This document shows positions 40,783-48,420 of a DNA stretch of 64,000 bases, in pieces. The DNA lies in NCBI GenBank assembly GCA_015061915.1, contig SUVR01000001.1, forward strand, positions 7,976-71,975, in the 5' to 3' direction. The DNA is from Lentisphaerota bacterium (GTDB taxonomy: Bacteria; Verrucomicrobiota; Lentisphaeria; Victivallales; UBA1829). Position 1 is the stretch's first letter, and every line of letters starts with the position of its first letter. The position numbers and the translations under genes are program-made. Below the pieces are notes generated by a model. That model searched no databases and was not told the origin of the DNA. It saw nothing but the letters and a program-made list of their open reading frames with translations.

Positions 40783-41817
40783 TCAGCCTTCGTCGTCGTC
40801 AGCAGCGTCTGTGACCTTGCCGTAGGGACCTTTCAGGTCTGCCTGTGTATCGCTGGGGCCCAGTTGCAGACTGCCCACAGTTTCCACCGGGATCGCTTCC
40901 GCATGACCGTCAAAAAATCCGTGCAGGGTCATACCGCTGTGTCTGCCTTCCATAACATCCTTCTTGATCAGGTCAAGGCGTTCGCCATCCAGCTCATCTT
41001 CCGAGATTGTGCTGTCATAACCGATCCGTTCCATCTTTTCCAGACCGATGCCGCCGCCGCCGATACCGGGGATGTAACCGGTGGCAGTCCCCTTGGAAAA
41101 TTCACCGCGGGAAATGGCTTCATTGTACTTGACATATTGAACGGTATGGGTACCGTTATCCTGATTGGTCGCTTCCCCTTCTTCCACGATGAAGGCACGC
41201 TTCCCGGGACTCTTGATCTGACTCATATGCAGAAAGCTGACCGGCAGATTGTTCACATTCCGGGTTATAATGTCACCATTCATATTGACTGCAAAGTTCC
41301 CGAAGGAGTAAACGGCGTCCTGCGTACCCTGACTGCCGCCGATCACGAACCCGATGTCCCCGTGGCTGCCCTGATTACCCGGTTTGATCTTTTGCCAGAC
41401 AGGTTCCAGAATGACGTTCTTTTTGCCTTTGACATAGCCGTTGGCGTTCATCGTTGCACCGGCGTTCCAGTACGGCAGCACATTGGTACACATAAACATC
41501 CACCAGTGCGGATCCCGTTTGTTCCGCGCTTCGGGGATCAGACTGGTCATAATACGGGCGCTCCAGTCTTCTGGTTCGGACACTCCGTCACTGTGCGTGT
41601 AACGGGCAGAGATGGGAACCTGACCATTGTTTTGTGCTGCATATTTTGCTCCCAGCTGGGAGACGTCACGCACGCGGGAAAGGCATTGGACCTGCTTGGC
41701 TCTTTCCTTCACGGAGTTCAATGCGGGCAGCAGAAGCATAAAAAGAATAATGACGATTGCCATGACCACCATCATTTCAATCAGGGTAAAATAGTGTGAT
41801 CTGAATCTGTTTTTCAT
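40783..41817 (-). CDS. H-X9-DG prepilin-type N-terminal cleavage/methylation domain protein (intact paralog P1)
   Basis: Start at ATG 41817: MKNRFRSHYFTLIEMMVVMAIVIILFMLLLPALNSVKERAK (class III signal/pilin-like N-terminus). The C-terminus has H-SGMTLHGFF-DG (H-X9-DG) and an acidic tail DAADDDEG. Confidence 0.8.
   Translation of the reverse strand: MKNRFRSHYFTLIEMMVVMAIVIILFMLLLPALNSVKERAKQVQCLSRVRDVSQLGAKYAAQNNGQVPISARYTHSDGVSEPEDWSARIMTSLIPEARNKRDPHWWMFMCTNVLPYWNAGATMNANGYVKGKKNVILEPVWQKIKPGNQGSHGDIGFVIGGSQGTQDAVYSFGNFAVNMNGDIITRNVNNLPVSFLHMSQIKSPGKRAFIVEEGEATNQDNGTHTVQYVKYNEAISRGEFSKGTATGYIPGIGGGGIGLEKMERIGYDSTISEDELDGERLDLIKKDVMEGRHSGMTLHGFFDGHAEAIPVETVGSLQLGPSDTQADLKGPYGKVTDAADDDEG
41699..41733. 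repeat. left copy of 35-bp perfect inverted repeat (inside P1 5' coding region)
   Basis: The reverse complement of 41699..41733 is CTGCTGCCCGCATTGAACTCCGTGAAGGAAAGAGC, identical to 43814..43848. Flanking codons differ at many synonymous positions. Confidence 0.9.
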
Positions 41818-41854
41818 AAAGCAGCTCTCCATAATGTTGCATTTTATCAACACT

Positions 41855-41883
41855 AAAATAGCATATATGCAACGACTTGTCAA
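41855..41883 (-). promoter_or_regulatory. sigma70-like promoter of P1
   Basis: On the minus strand: TTGACA (41883..41878, overlapping the recombinase stop codon), 17-nt spacer containing the palindrome GCATATATGC, then TATTTT (41860..41855). GGAGAG RBS lies at 41830..41825. Confidence 0.6.
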
Positions 41884-43691
41884 ATTATTTTTTTATGTTT
41901 TTCGGAGATTTCATCTGTTTTTATTTTTTTTATACCTGATCCCGGCGTGCCGTTTCTCAGAATGATCCGGTAACAGGGGGTATCCAGCAGAATTTTCTCT
42001 TTCATTTTTCTGCACACTTCTCCGGTGTCATAAAAAAAGACGGTCACCTTGTAATCTGTCTGTTCCTGAACGATCTGCACCTGTCCGGGAGGAAGTCTTT
42101 TGGAACGGTATTTTCCGGTGATCCGTGGTAAGCAGAACACATTTCCGTCGAAAAGCGTGATCCGGACCTGTTCCGCAAAAACGGCGATTTCCCGGATTGC
42201 AGCCCGTGCCAGCAGAAAGTAGCGTTCCGGCGTCAGCAGAGAACCGGTATAACCTATTTTTTCCAGTTCTTTCCTGTGTTGAGCAAAGTGGTTTTCTGCG
42301 GCATCCTCCGCCCGGCTTCTCAATTCCAGCAAACGGTTTTCTTTCTGCCGGATCTGTCCGGAAAGATCAGCTGCTTTCCATTTGAATGTTTCTCTATCCA
42401 GCAAACCGCTGAAATGCAGGTCGATCATTCCTGCAAGATTTTTCCGGTTGACGGCGATCTCCTCTGTCAGCTCCCGGATTGCCTGTTGGAGTTTATTGCC
42501 GGGATCCGGATGATTGTTCCGGTGATAAAGATAAAGCGGAAACAACGCCTGAATGGTCAGCAGCTGATCTGTTTCCTTCCGGAGAGTGGAAATACGGATC
42601 CGGCTTTGAGTGCATTGTTTATCCTTCAGAAGGGAAGTATGTTTGCAGAAATAAACAACACCGTTTTCTCCGGCTGCCGAGAGGCGTTTCCCGCAATTTC
42701 CGCAGACCAGAAGGCCGCTCAACGGCAGAAAACGGGTCGGTTTGGAAGTGTTGAGTTTCTGTTTTGTATTTTTTCCTTTCCGGTCGGAAACCCGTTGCCG
42801 GATTTCGAGAAAACGATGCAGGGGAAGGATCGGTTCGCAACCCATATTGGCGATCGCAGTATATTCGCCATTTTTCAGAAAATATCCGCAGTAAACGGGA
42901 TTTTTCAGAATGTTGTAGATATTGGTCTCGTAAAAACACCTTGCCTGTTTCCCGTTCCGGGTGGTTCGCAGATGAAAATAATGGGTGTTCAGGGTATTCA
43001 GGATCTTTCCGTAACTCCACCCTTTTTCAACACCGTCAAAGACCATCCGGAGTGCTTCCCGGCAATCCGGCGGGAATACGATCTTTTTATCGACCCAGCC
43101 GACTCCGAAGGCATTGGAATAGTAAATCCCCTTTTCCTTCTGTTCGGCACGGACCCGCTTGCTCTGGGCTGCTTTTTCATCAATTTTGCTCATTTCATAG
43201 GTCGCCAGAAGTTTCTGAACGGCAATATCGATCACATTATCAAGATTGTCCACTTTTCCGCTGGTCACATCCACGATGGCGATCCCTTTTTCCGCCAGTT
43301 CGTTGGTAATGAAACCATCCAGAAAACTGTTGTTCGGTGAACGGTAAAGACGGGTTCGCTCGTGAACGATCACATAATCCACACTGTTGTTGCGGAGACA
43401 GGTGAAAAGTTCTCCCAGCTGCCGGCGGTAATCTTTCGTGAATGCCCGGGATTTCCGCCATACCTGCCAGGCTTTGTCTGTGTTGCAGAAAGCACGCGCC
43501 TCCGGCGTGTTCGGATAAAGTTCTCCCGGTGTATTGAAATCAGAAAATTCCTTCAGAATTTCAACTCCGTGGGCTTCTGCCCAGTTCCTGCACTGGATGA
43601 TCTGGTCGGCTATGCTCAGGGATACATCATCCCCACCGCTGCTCTGCCGGTAATAGGCTACTGCTTTTTTACGCTTCTTGTTTTCCTGCAT
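41880..43691 (-). CDS. large serine recombinase (resolvase catalytic domain + recombinase domain + zinc ribbon + coiled-coil)
   Basis: AVAYYRQSSGGDDVSLSIADQ (catalytic Ser context), ILKNPVYCGYF recombinase-domain motif, zinc ribbon LLVCGNCGKRL...YFCKH, and a long helical C-terminal region. 603 aa. Confidence 0.88.
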   Translation of the reverse strand: MQENKKRKKAVAYYRQSSGGDDVSLSIADQIIQCRNWAEAHGVEILKEFSDFNTPGELYPNTPEARAFCNTDKAWQVWRKSRAFTKDYRRQLGELFTCLRNNSVDYVIVHERTRLYRSPNNSFLDGFITNELAEKGIAIVDVTSGKVDNLDNVIDIAVQKLLATYEMSKIDEKAAQSKRVRAEQKEKGIYYSNAFGVGWVDKKIVFPPDCREALRMVFDGVEKGWSYGKILNTLNTHYFHLRTTRNGKQARCFYETNIYNILKNPVYCGYFLKNGEYTAIANMGCEPILPLHRFLEIRQRVSDRKGKNTKQKLNTSKPTRFLPLSGLLVCGNCGKRLSAAGENGVVYFCKHTSLLKDKQCTQSRIRISTLRKETDQLLTIQALFPLYLYHRNNHPDPGNKLQQAIRELTEEIAVNRKNLAGMIDLHFSGLLDRETFKWKAADLSGQIRQKENRLLELRSRAEDAAENHFAQHRKELEKIGYTGSLLTPERYFLLARAAIREIAVFAEQVRITLFDGNVFCLPRITGKYRSKRLPPGQVQIVQEQTDYKVTVFFYDTGEVCRKMKEKILLDTPCYRIILRNGTPGSGIKKIKTDEISEKHKKII

Positions 43692-43750
43692 TGTTTTACC
43701 CCAATGTCCTTAATTTAATACTTGTCCGTACTTTTTCAAACTGTCTTGAC

Positions 43751-43795
43751 TGAAAACCGTACTATTTTGCAATAGTGGTCGTTATGGCGATCATT
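43751..43795 (+). repeat. attR-like hybrid recombination site (dyad arm + GT + 5' end of the P2 body)
   Basis: 27-nt arm TGAAAACCGTACTATTTTGCAATAGTG (43751..43777), GT (43778..43779), then CGTTATGGCGATC, which encodes (V)VMAI. Confidence 0.55.
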
Positions 43796-44770
43796 GTGAT
43801 TCTCTTTATGCTCCTGCTGCCCGCATTGAACTCCGTGAAGGAAAGAGCAAAACGTGTAGAGTGTCTTACCCGTCTGAAAGGATCAACGGAAATGGCGTTT
43901 CTTGCATCAAGTCTTTACGATAACCGTGTTATATTTTCAGGAGTCAATTATCATCCTGTATATAAATTGGTTGACGAATTCAATTTCCCGGAGCTTGTTA
44001 TGGCGGTTGTGAAGCCGGATAAATTAGGAAAAAAAGATGAGGAATGGCGTGGTTTTGTATGTACAAATGTGTTGCCGGGGTGGACCAGAGCATATTCTGC
44101 AACTCCTTCCGGAATACCATATAACGCTGACCATCCCTCTGATTATGTCCGGGAGGGCTGGGCAAGTGTAAATCCTGCCGGTCCCGTCGGGGCACCATGG
44201 TATATGGTAGGAGAACAAGCCGGACCTCTGTATCCTTTGGGAAATTTCGGAACGAATACGAATGGACTCCTTTTGGAGTATAAAACGGAAGTGAGCGACA
44301 ATGGGCGATACGGAAAAGTGGGGCATATGTCCCGCATCCCAAGTCCTGATAGACGTGCCTATATCGTTGAAGTTTCTGAAACCGCTCCTCAGGTCACAAG
44401 TCATGTTATGTACCCGCTTTACAATGATCCGATTGATAGAGGAGATGGACAAGACAATCGTCCCGGTACTGGTAATGGAGGCTTCATTCCCGGTATGGGG
44501 GGCGGAGGAATCGGAAAAGAAAAAATGGAAAAGATCGGTTATGCCGCAAATATCAGCGAGTTGACTCCGGAGCAATTTGAAAGGGTCGACAAGGATATAA
44601 AAGAGGGCAGGCATGACGGTATGACCCTGCATGGCTTCTTTGATGGTCATGTAGAGGCAATCCCGGTGGAAACAGTGGGCAGCCTTCAGTTGGGACCGGG
44701 GCAGACCGCATCAGAAGATTTGAAAGGTCCTTACGGATATTTCAGCCGTCCCGCCGATGATGATGAATAA
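43775..44770 (+). CDS. leaderless H-X9-DG prepilin-type gene body (paralog P2), inverted relative to its promoter and leader; predicted silent in this orientation
   Basis: The reading frame opens only at ..IVVVMAIIVILFMLLLPALNSVKERAKRVECL. It lacks the MK..FTLIEM leader, has no SD and no ATG. It is otherwise colinear with P1, including GGGGIGKEKMEKIGY, H-DGMTLHGFF-DG and the PADDDE tail. Confidence 0.7.
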   Translation: MVVMAIIVILFMLLLPALNSVKERAKRVECLTRLKGSTEMAFLASSLYDNRVIFSGVNYHPVYKLVDEFNFPELVMAVVKPDKLGKKDEEWRGFVCTNVLPGWTRAYSATPSGIPYNADHPSDYVREGWASVNPAGPVGAPWYMVGEQAGPLYPLGNFGTNTNGLLLEYKTEVSDNGRYGKVGHMSRIPSPDRRAYIVEVSETAPQVTSHVMYPLYNDPIDRGDGQDNRPGTGNGGFIPGMGGGGIGKEKMEKIGYAANISELTPEQFERVDKDIKEGRHDGMTLHGFFDGHVEAIPVETVGSLQLGPGQTASEDLKGPYGYFSRPADDDE

Positions 44771-44883
44771 ATGGTGAAAAAGGCTGGATTTCCGCGATTT
44801 TTTTGCTGTGTTTTGTAAAAGTCCGGGGAGAAAACAAGGGAGGAGATTTTTTTCTCATGAAAACCGTTTTATTTTGCAGTGGT
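43780..44883. mobile_element. predicted invertible segment carrying the P2 body
   Basis: Bounded by the two hybrid att-like sites. Their GT crossover dinucleotides lie on opposite strands (43778..43779 plus, 44885..44884 minus). Confidence 0.5.
43814..43848. repeat. right copy of 35-bp perfect inverted repeat (inside P2 5' coding region)
   Basis: CTGCTGCCCGCATTGAACTCCGTGAAGGAAAGAGC, the exact reverse complement of 41699..41733. Confidence 0.9.
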
Positions 44884-44905
44884 CACCATCATTTCAATCA
44901 GGGTA
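44857..44905 (-). repeat. attL-like hybrid recombination site (3' end of leader + GT + dyad arm)
   Basis: The minus strand reads TTGAAATGATG-GT-GACCACTGCAAAATAAAACGGTTTTCA. The arm 44883..44857 is the inverted partner of 43751..43777 (22 of 27 positions identical when compared on the plus strand). Confidence 0.55.
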
Positions 44906-44930
44906 AAATGCAGTTTTTTCAATGTTTTCA
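44868..44930 (-). other. orphan prepilin leader cassette (20 codons then stop)
   Basis: Own translation gives MKTLKKLHFTLIEMMVTTAK*. It is nucleotide-identical to the P1 leader over ATTTTACCCTGATTGAAATGATGGTG, then diverges into the dyad arm and terminates. Confidence 0.75.
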
Positions 44931-44963
44931 TAATTGGTTCCCGGGGTTGCAGTTTCTGTTGTA

Positions 44964-44992
44964 AAAATAGCATAAAAACGGGATGTTGTCAA
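44964..44992 (-). promoter_or_regulatory. sigma70-like promoter driving the orphan leader
   Basis: On the minus strand: TTGACA (44992..44987), 17-nt spacer, TATTTT (44969..44964). It has the same architecture and the same ATGCTATTTT -10 context as the P1 promoter. Confidence 0.6.
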
Positions 44993-45088
44993 ACCATTTT
45001 TCCATTTTTTTGAAAGAAAGACTTGTTTTTTTGCCGGAAGGGGGCATATTATGCAGGAAAGACACTTACAGGACCGAAGGAGAACTTT

Positions 45089-46249
45089 ATGGCAAAAAGC
45101 CGCAAACTTTTTCTGACCGATTACGCCCTGACACCGCTGGAGCGGATCCCGGCGTGCGGTATACTCTGCGAACGGGACCGGATCATCGGCACCGGCGGCG
45201 CAACCGCGTTTTCTCTTTTGGAAGAAGGTCTTGAGATCCACGATTTTACCGATTGTTATGCCGTTCCCGGCTTTATTGACAGCCATATTCACGGGATCAG
45301 CACCTTCGATTCCTCCAACCCGGATCCCACCGGCGAGACCCTGGCAAAAATGAGCCTTGCCCTCGTCCGGCACGGTGTTACCACATTCTGTCCTACCATG
45401 GTTTCCCGTCCCGCAAAAGAGATGCTTCATGTTGCGTCGGCGCTGGCGGAGATGATCGACCGCGGCGTGGAAGGGGCGGATATCGCCGGTATTCACGTGG
45501 AAGGACCTTTTCTGAGTATGAGCAAACGGGGATCGCAGGACGCCGAGGCGATTCTGGAAACGATCGATCTCGGACTTGCCCGTGAAATCATGGAAGCCGG
45601 GAAAGGAAAGATCCGGATCATGACTTTTGCGCCCGAACTGGAAAATGCCGATAAACTCGTGGAACTTATGCTGGAACATAATGTGATCCCGTCTATGGGG
45701 CACAGCCTCGCTACAGAAGAACAGACATACCGCTGCATCGATGCCGGTGCGCACCGCTGCACCTATATTTTCAATGGTATGCCCCAGCTCTACCACCGGG
45801 AATCCAGTCTTACCAGTGTGGCGCTCTGTGACGACCGGGTGGCGATCGAGATGATCAGCGACGGTCTGCACATTCACCCCCGTTTTGTGGACCTGACCAC
45901 CCGCTGCAAACCGCCTGATAAGATCATCGGCATCAGTAACGGTGTGGCATCGCTGGAAACTCCCGTCGCCGCAGAGGATAACAAGGATGTTGTCACGACA
46001 TCGGACGGCATCATTACCGGTTCCACCATGACGCTGGAAAATTCCTGGAAACACCTGATTTCCTACGCCGGAATGAAACCCTCCCTTGCAGCTTCCTGCT
46101 TTACGGTCAATCCCGCCGCCAATCTGGGGCTGACCAACCGGGGCGAACTGCTCCCCGGCAGACGGGCGGATATCGTCTTTTTCGACCTCAAGACCAATCA
46201 GGTCCGTGCCACCGTGGTTCGTGGCGAGGTTATTTACCGTAAATCGTAA
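45089..46249 (+). CDS. nagA: N-acetylglucosamine-6-phosphate deacetylase
   Basis: PGFIDSHIHG metal motif and amidohydrolase fold length. Start at ATG 45089 behind GAAGGAG. Confidence 0.8.
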   Translation: MAKSRKLFLTDYALTPLERIPACGILCERDRIIGTGGATAFSLLEEGLEIHDFTDCYAVPGFIDSHIHGISTFDSSNPDPTGETLAKMSLALVRHGVTTFCPTMVSRPAKEMLHVASALAEMIDRGVEGADIAGIHVEGPFLSMSKRGSQDAEAILETIDLGLAREIMEAGKGKIRIMTFAPELENADKLVELMLEHNVIPSMGHSLATEEQTYRCIDAGAHRCTYIFNGMPQLYHRESSLTSVALCDDRVAIEMISDGLHIHPRFVDLTTRCKPPDKIIGISNGVASLETPVAAEDNKDVVTTSDGIITGSTMTLENSWKHLISYAGMKPSLAASCFTVNPAANLGLTNRGELLPGRRADIVFFDLKTNQVRATVVRGEVIYRKS

Positions 46250-46273
46250 CCAGTTACAATAAAGAAATTTGAG

Positions 46274-47143
46274 ATGAAAGAATACCCCGCATATCAGCAA
46301 TTGGATTCCGGTAACTGCCGGAAACTGGAGCAAGTCGGTCCCTACCGGATCATCCGTCCCGCTCTCAACGCCTTCTGGAAACCCTCCATGCCCGAAAAGG
46401 AATGGGCGAAGGCGGACGCCGTTTTCTCCCGGGAAAGTTCCGGCGGCGGCGTATGGGACTGGAAGCGGGGCAAGGCTCCGGATCACACCGGCGGCGAGTG
46501 GATCGTCCGTTGGGGCGGAGTCAATCTTACGGTCAAGCCCACCAACTTCGGACATCTTGGATTTTTTGCAGAACAGGCGGGCAACTGGGCGCGGCTGCGG
46601 AAATGTGTTTCCGCTATGGAAAATGCCCGTACCCTCAATCTTTTTGCCTATTCCGGCGGTGCCACCCTTGCAATGGCACAGGCGGGGGCGGATGTGACCC
46701 ATCTGGACGCTTCCAAGGGGATCATTGACTGGGCGAAGAAAAATCAGACGATCAATCCGGAAACCGCCAATCATATCCGGTGGATCTGCGATGATGCCAT
46801 GAAATTTGTCTCCCGCGAACAGCGCCGCAACAGCAAGTACAACGGGATCGTATTGGATCCTCCCAGTTTCGGGCGCGGTGCGCAGGGGCAGGTCTGGAAG
46901 ATCGAGGATGGTCTGGCGGATATCCTGCACAACTGCAAAAAGATCCTGGATCTTTCCAAGCCGTACTTCATTCTGCTGAGCTGTCACTCTCAGGGATTCT
47001 CCGCCTCCAGTCTGGGGCGTTGTCTGGCAGATGTTTTCCCGGAAGCGGAAAAACAGATCGAATCCGGCGAAATGCTGATCCCGGAATCCAACGGCAAAGT
47101 CCAGCCCGCCGGACTCTACGCCGGCGTGTTCAACGCAAGATAG
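46274..47143 (+). CDS. class I SAM-dependent methyltransferase (RlmI/RlmK-like catalytic domain, no PUA)
   Basis: NLFAYSGGATLAMAQAGA SAM loop and IVLDPPSFGRG motif. Confidence 0.65.
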   Translation: MKEYPAYQQLDSGNCRKLEQVGPYRIIRPALNAFWKPSMPEKEWAKADAVFSRESSGGGVWDWKRGKAPDHTGGEWIVRWGGVNLTVKPTNFGHLGFFAEQAGNWARLRKCVSAMENARTLNLFAYSGGATLAMAQAGADVTHLDASKGIIDWAKKNQTINPETANHIRWICDDAMKFVSREQRRNSKYNGIVLDPPSFGRGAQGQVWKIEDGLADILHNCKKILDLSKPYFILLSCHSQGFSASSLGRCLADVFPEAEKQIESGEMLIPESNGKVQPAGLYAGVFNAR

Positions 47144-47157
47144 GAATACTTATCTCT

Positions 47158-47712
47158 ATGGCTTCTGTTAAAGGATTTGTGCGTAGCGGTCGCTTTTTCA
47201 TTTGCATCTTTTTTTTCTTTTTTGGTGTGTGTTTTGCACTTGAGAAAAGACCGGGCGACCGGGAAAAAACTGCTGTTGCACAAATAAATATTGCCTGCAG
47301 AAACCAGAAATGGAGCGATGCTCTGTTGAAATTGGATCATTTTTTTTCGGAGTTCCCGGACAGTAAAACAATTCCTAAAGCCCGGGTTCTTGCCGGTTAT
47401 GTTTGTGTTAGGATTGAGGAAGAAAAAAGTCGGCAGGCAAAACAGATGGGAAAGAATTATCAACCGGATTATACCAGGGCGATCTATCATTTTCTTGTGG
47501 TTGTTGAAAAGTATAAAAATGAACCGGCTGTTCGTGCAGAGGCAATGTTTTTTGCTGCGTTTTATCTGAAGGAACAAGGTACTGACGAAAGCAAAAAACA
47601 GGCATATAGCATACTGAATAGCCTATACACGGATTATCCTGACTCCAAATGGACAAAAATGTGGCTGGGATGGATTGGATCCCCGCAATGTAAAATTGCC
47701 CGAAAAAAATAA
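47158..47712 (+). CDS. secreted TPR-like protein (BamD/YbgF-like)
   Basis: N-terminal hydrophobic signal/anchor and YTDYPDSKWT-type repeat ends. Start moved to ATG 47158. Locally AT-rich. Confidence 0.4.
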   Translation: MASVKGFVRSGRFFICIFFFFFGVCFALEKRPGDREKTAVAQINIACRNQKWSDALLKLDHFFSEFPDSKTIPKARVLAGYVCVRIEEEKSRQAKQMGKNYQPDYTRAIYHFLVVVEKYKNEPAVRAEAMFFAAFYLKEQGTDESKKQAYSILNSLYTDYPDSKWTKMWLGWIGSPQCKIARKK

Positions 47713-47724
47713 AGCAGGTTCAAT

Positions 47725-48420
47725 TTACTTTTTATCCACCGTAATGGCGTTGAGGGCGTTTTCCACTTTGAGCCGGTACGCTTCAAATTCTTCCGGTGTC
47801 AGATCGGCAGGGATCATGATCTCATCGCCTACTACCAAGGTGATTTTTGACCATGGTTTCGGAATCTGGAAACCATCCCAGCTTTTCAGTTCCCAGTAGG
47901 AAGAATAATTGACCGCCATCGGTACGATGGGGATCCCCATTTTTGAGGCAAGCTGGATCGCTCCCTTGTGCATCTGGTACTTCGGGCCCCGGGGACCATC
48001 CGGCGTCATGGCAATGAAACTGCCGCCTTTCAGTGACTTGAATGCGTCGTACAGCACTTTCACCGCATTGCGGGAGGAGCTTCCGCGCACACTTCTGATC
48101 CCGAACTGGGCGATCAGGTCCGCAATGTACTGACCATCCCGGGAGGCGCTGATCACTGCAACCGTTCTCCGCCGTGCTTTCCGCGGGCACATGGAGGGAT
48201 AAAACAGCAGCCGGTTGTGCCAAACGACCCCGATGACCTGATGTCCGTCCGGTTTATCATATTCGTCCAGAAGTTTGTTTGGGTCAATGATCTCGTGGCG
48301 CATGATGACCGAGAGCAGATCCAGTATTTTTGCGGGCAGGAAAAAGATCCAGGAGGGAAATTTTTTGATCTGCCGGAACCAATATTTGAAACCGTGTTTT
48401 TCTTTTTTTTCTTCGCTCAT
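47725..48420 (-). CDS. DUF374-type lysophospholipid acyltransferase family protein
   Basis: ISASRDGQYIADLIAQFGIRSVRGSSSR and MTPDGPRGP are typical of DUF374. Confidence 0.7.
   Translation of the reverse strand: MSEEKKEKHGFKYWFRQIKKFPSWIFFLPAKILDLLSVIMRHEIIDPNKLLDEYDKPDGHQVIGVVWHNRLLFYPSMCPRKARRRTVAVISASRDGQYIADLIAQFGIRSVRGSSSRNAVKVLYDAFKSLKGGSFIAMTPDGPRGPKYQMHKGAIQLASKMGIPIVPMAVNYSSYWELKSWDGFQIPKPWSKITLVVGDEIMIPADLTPEEFEAYRLKVENALNAITVDKK

Noticed and set aside
43751-44886. Reading the two TGAAAACCGT..TATTTTGCA..GTGGTC copies as plain direct repeats, that is, a target-site duplication or excision sites for a 1.1-kb circle.
   Set aside because: Deletion between them would discard the P2 body and leave the leader orphaned, with no productive outcome. 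Placing the crossover at the GT that lies on opposite strands gives an in-frame gene and an equal-armed 56-bp dyad, which is too neat to be chance. The excision reading is not excluded, and it is listed as the refuting outcome for the main finding.
44856-44957. A plus-strand mini-ORF MKTVLFCSGHHHFNQGKMQFFQCFHNWFPGLQFLL behind a strong GGGAGGAG, considered as a possible directionality factor.
   Set aside because: It is the exact antisense of the dyad arm and leader cassette, and its sequence is dictated by them. It has no helical or basic character typical of small DNA-binding factors. It is kept only as something to include in an expression test.
44894-46987. A 697-aa minus-strand ORF adjacent to the recombinase islet.
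   Set aside because: It is antisense to nagA and the SAM methyltransferase, both of which have clear motifs. It has no recognisable domain of its own, and it would also swallow the leader promoter region.
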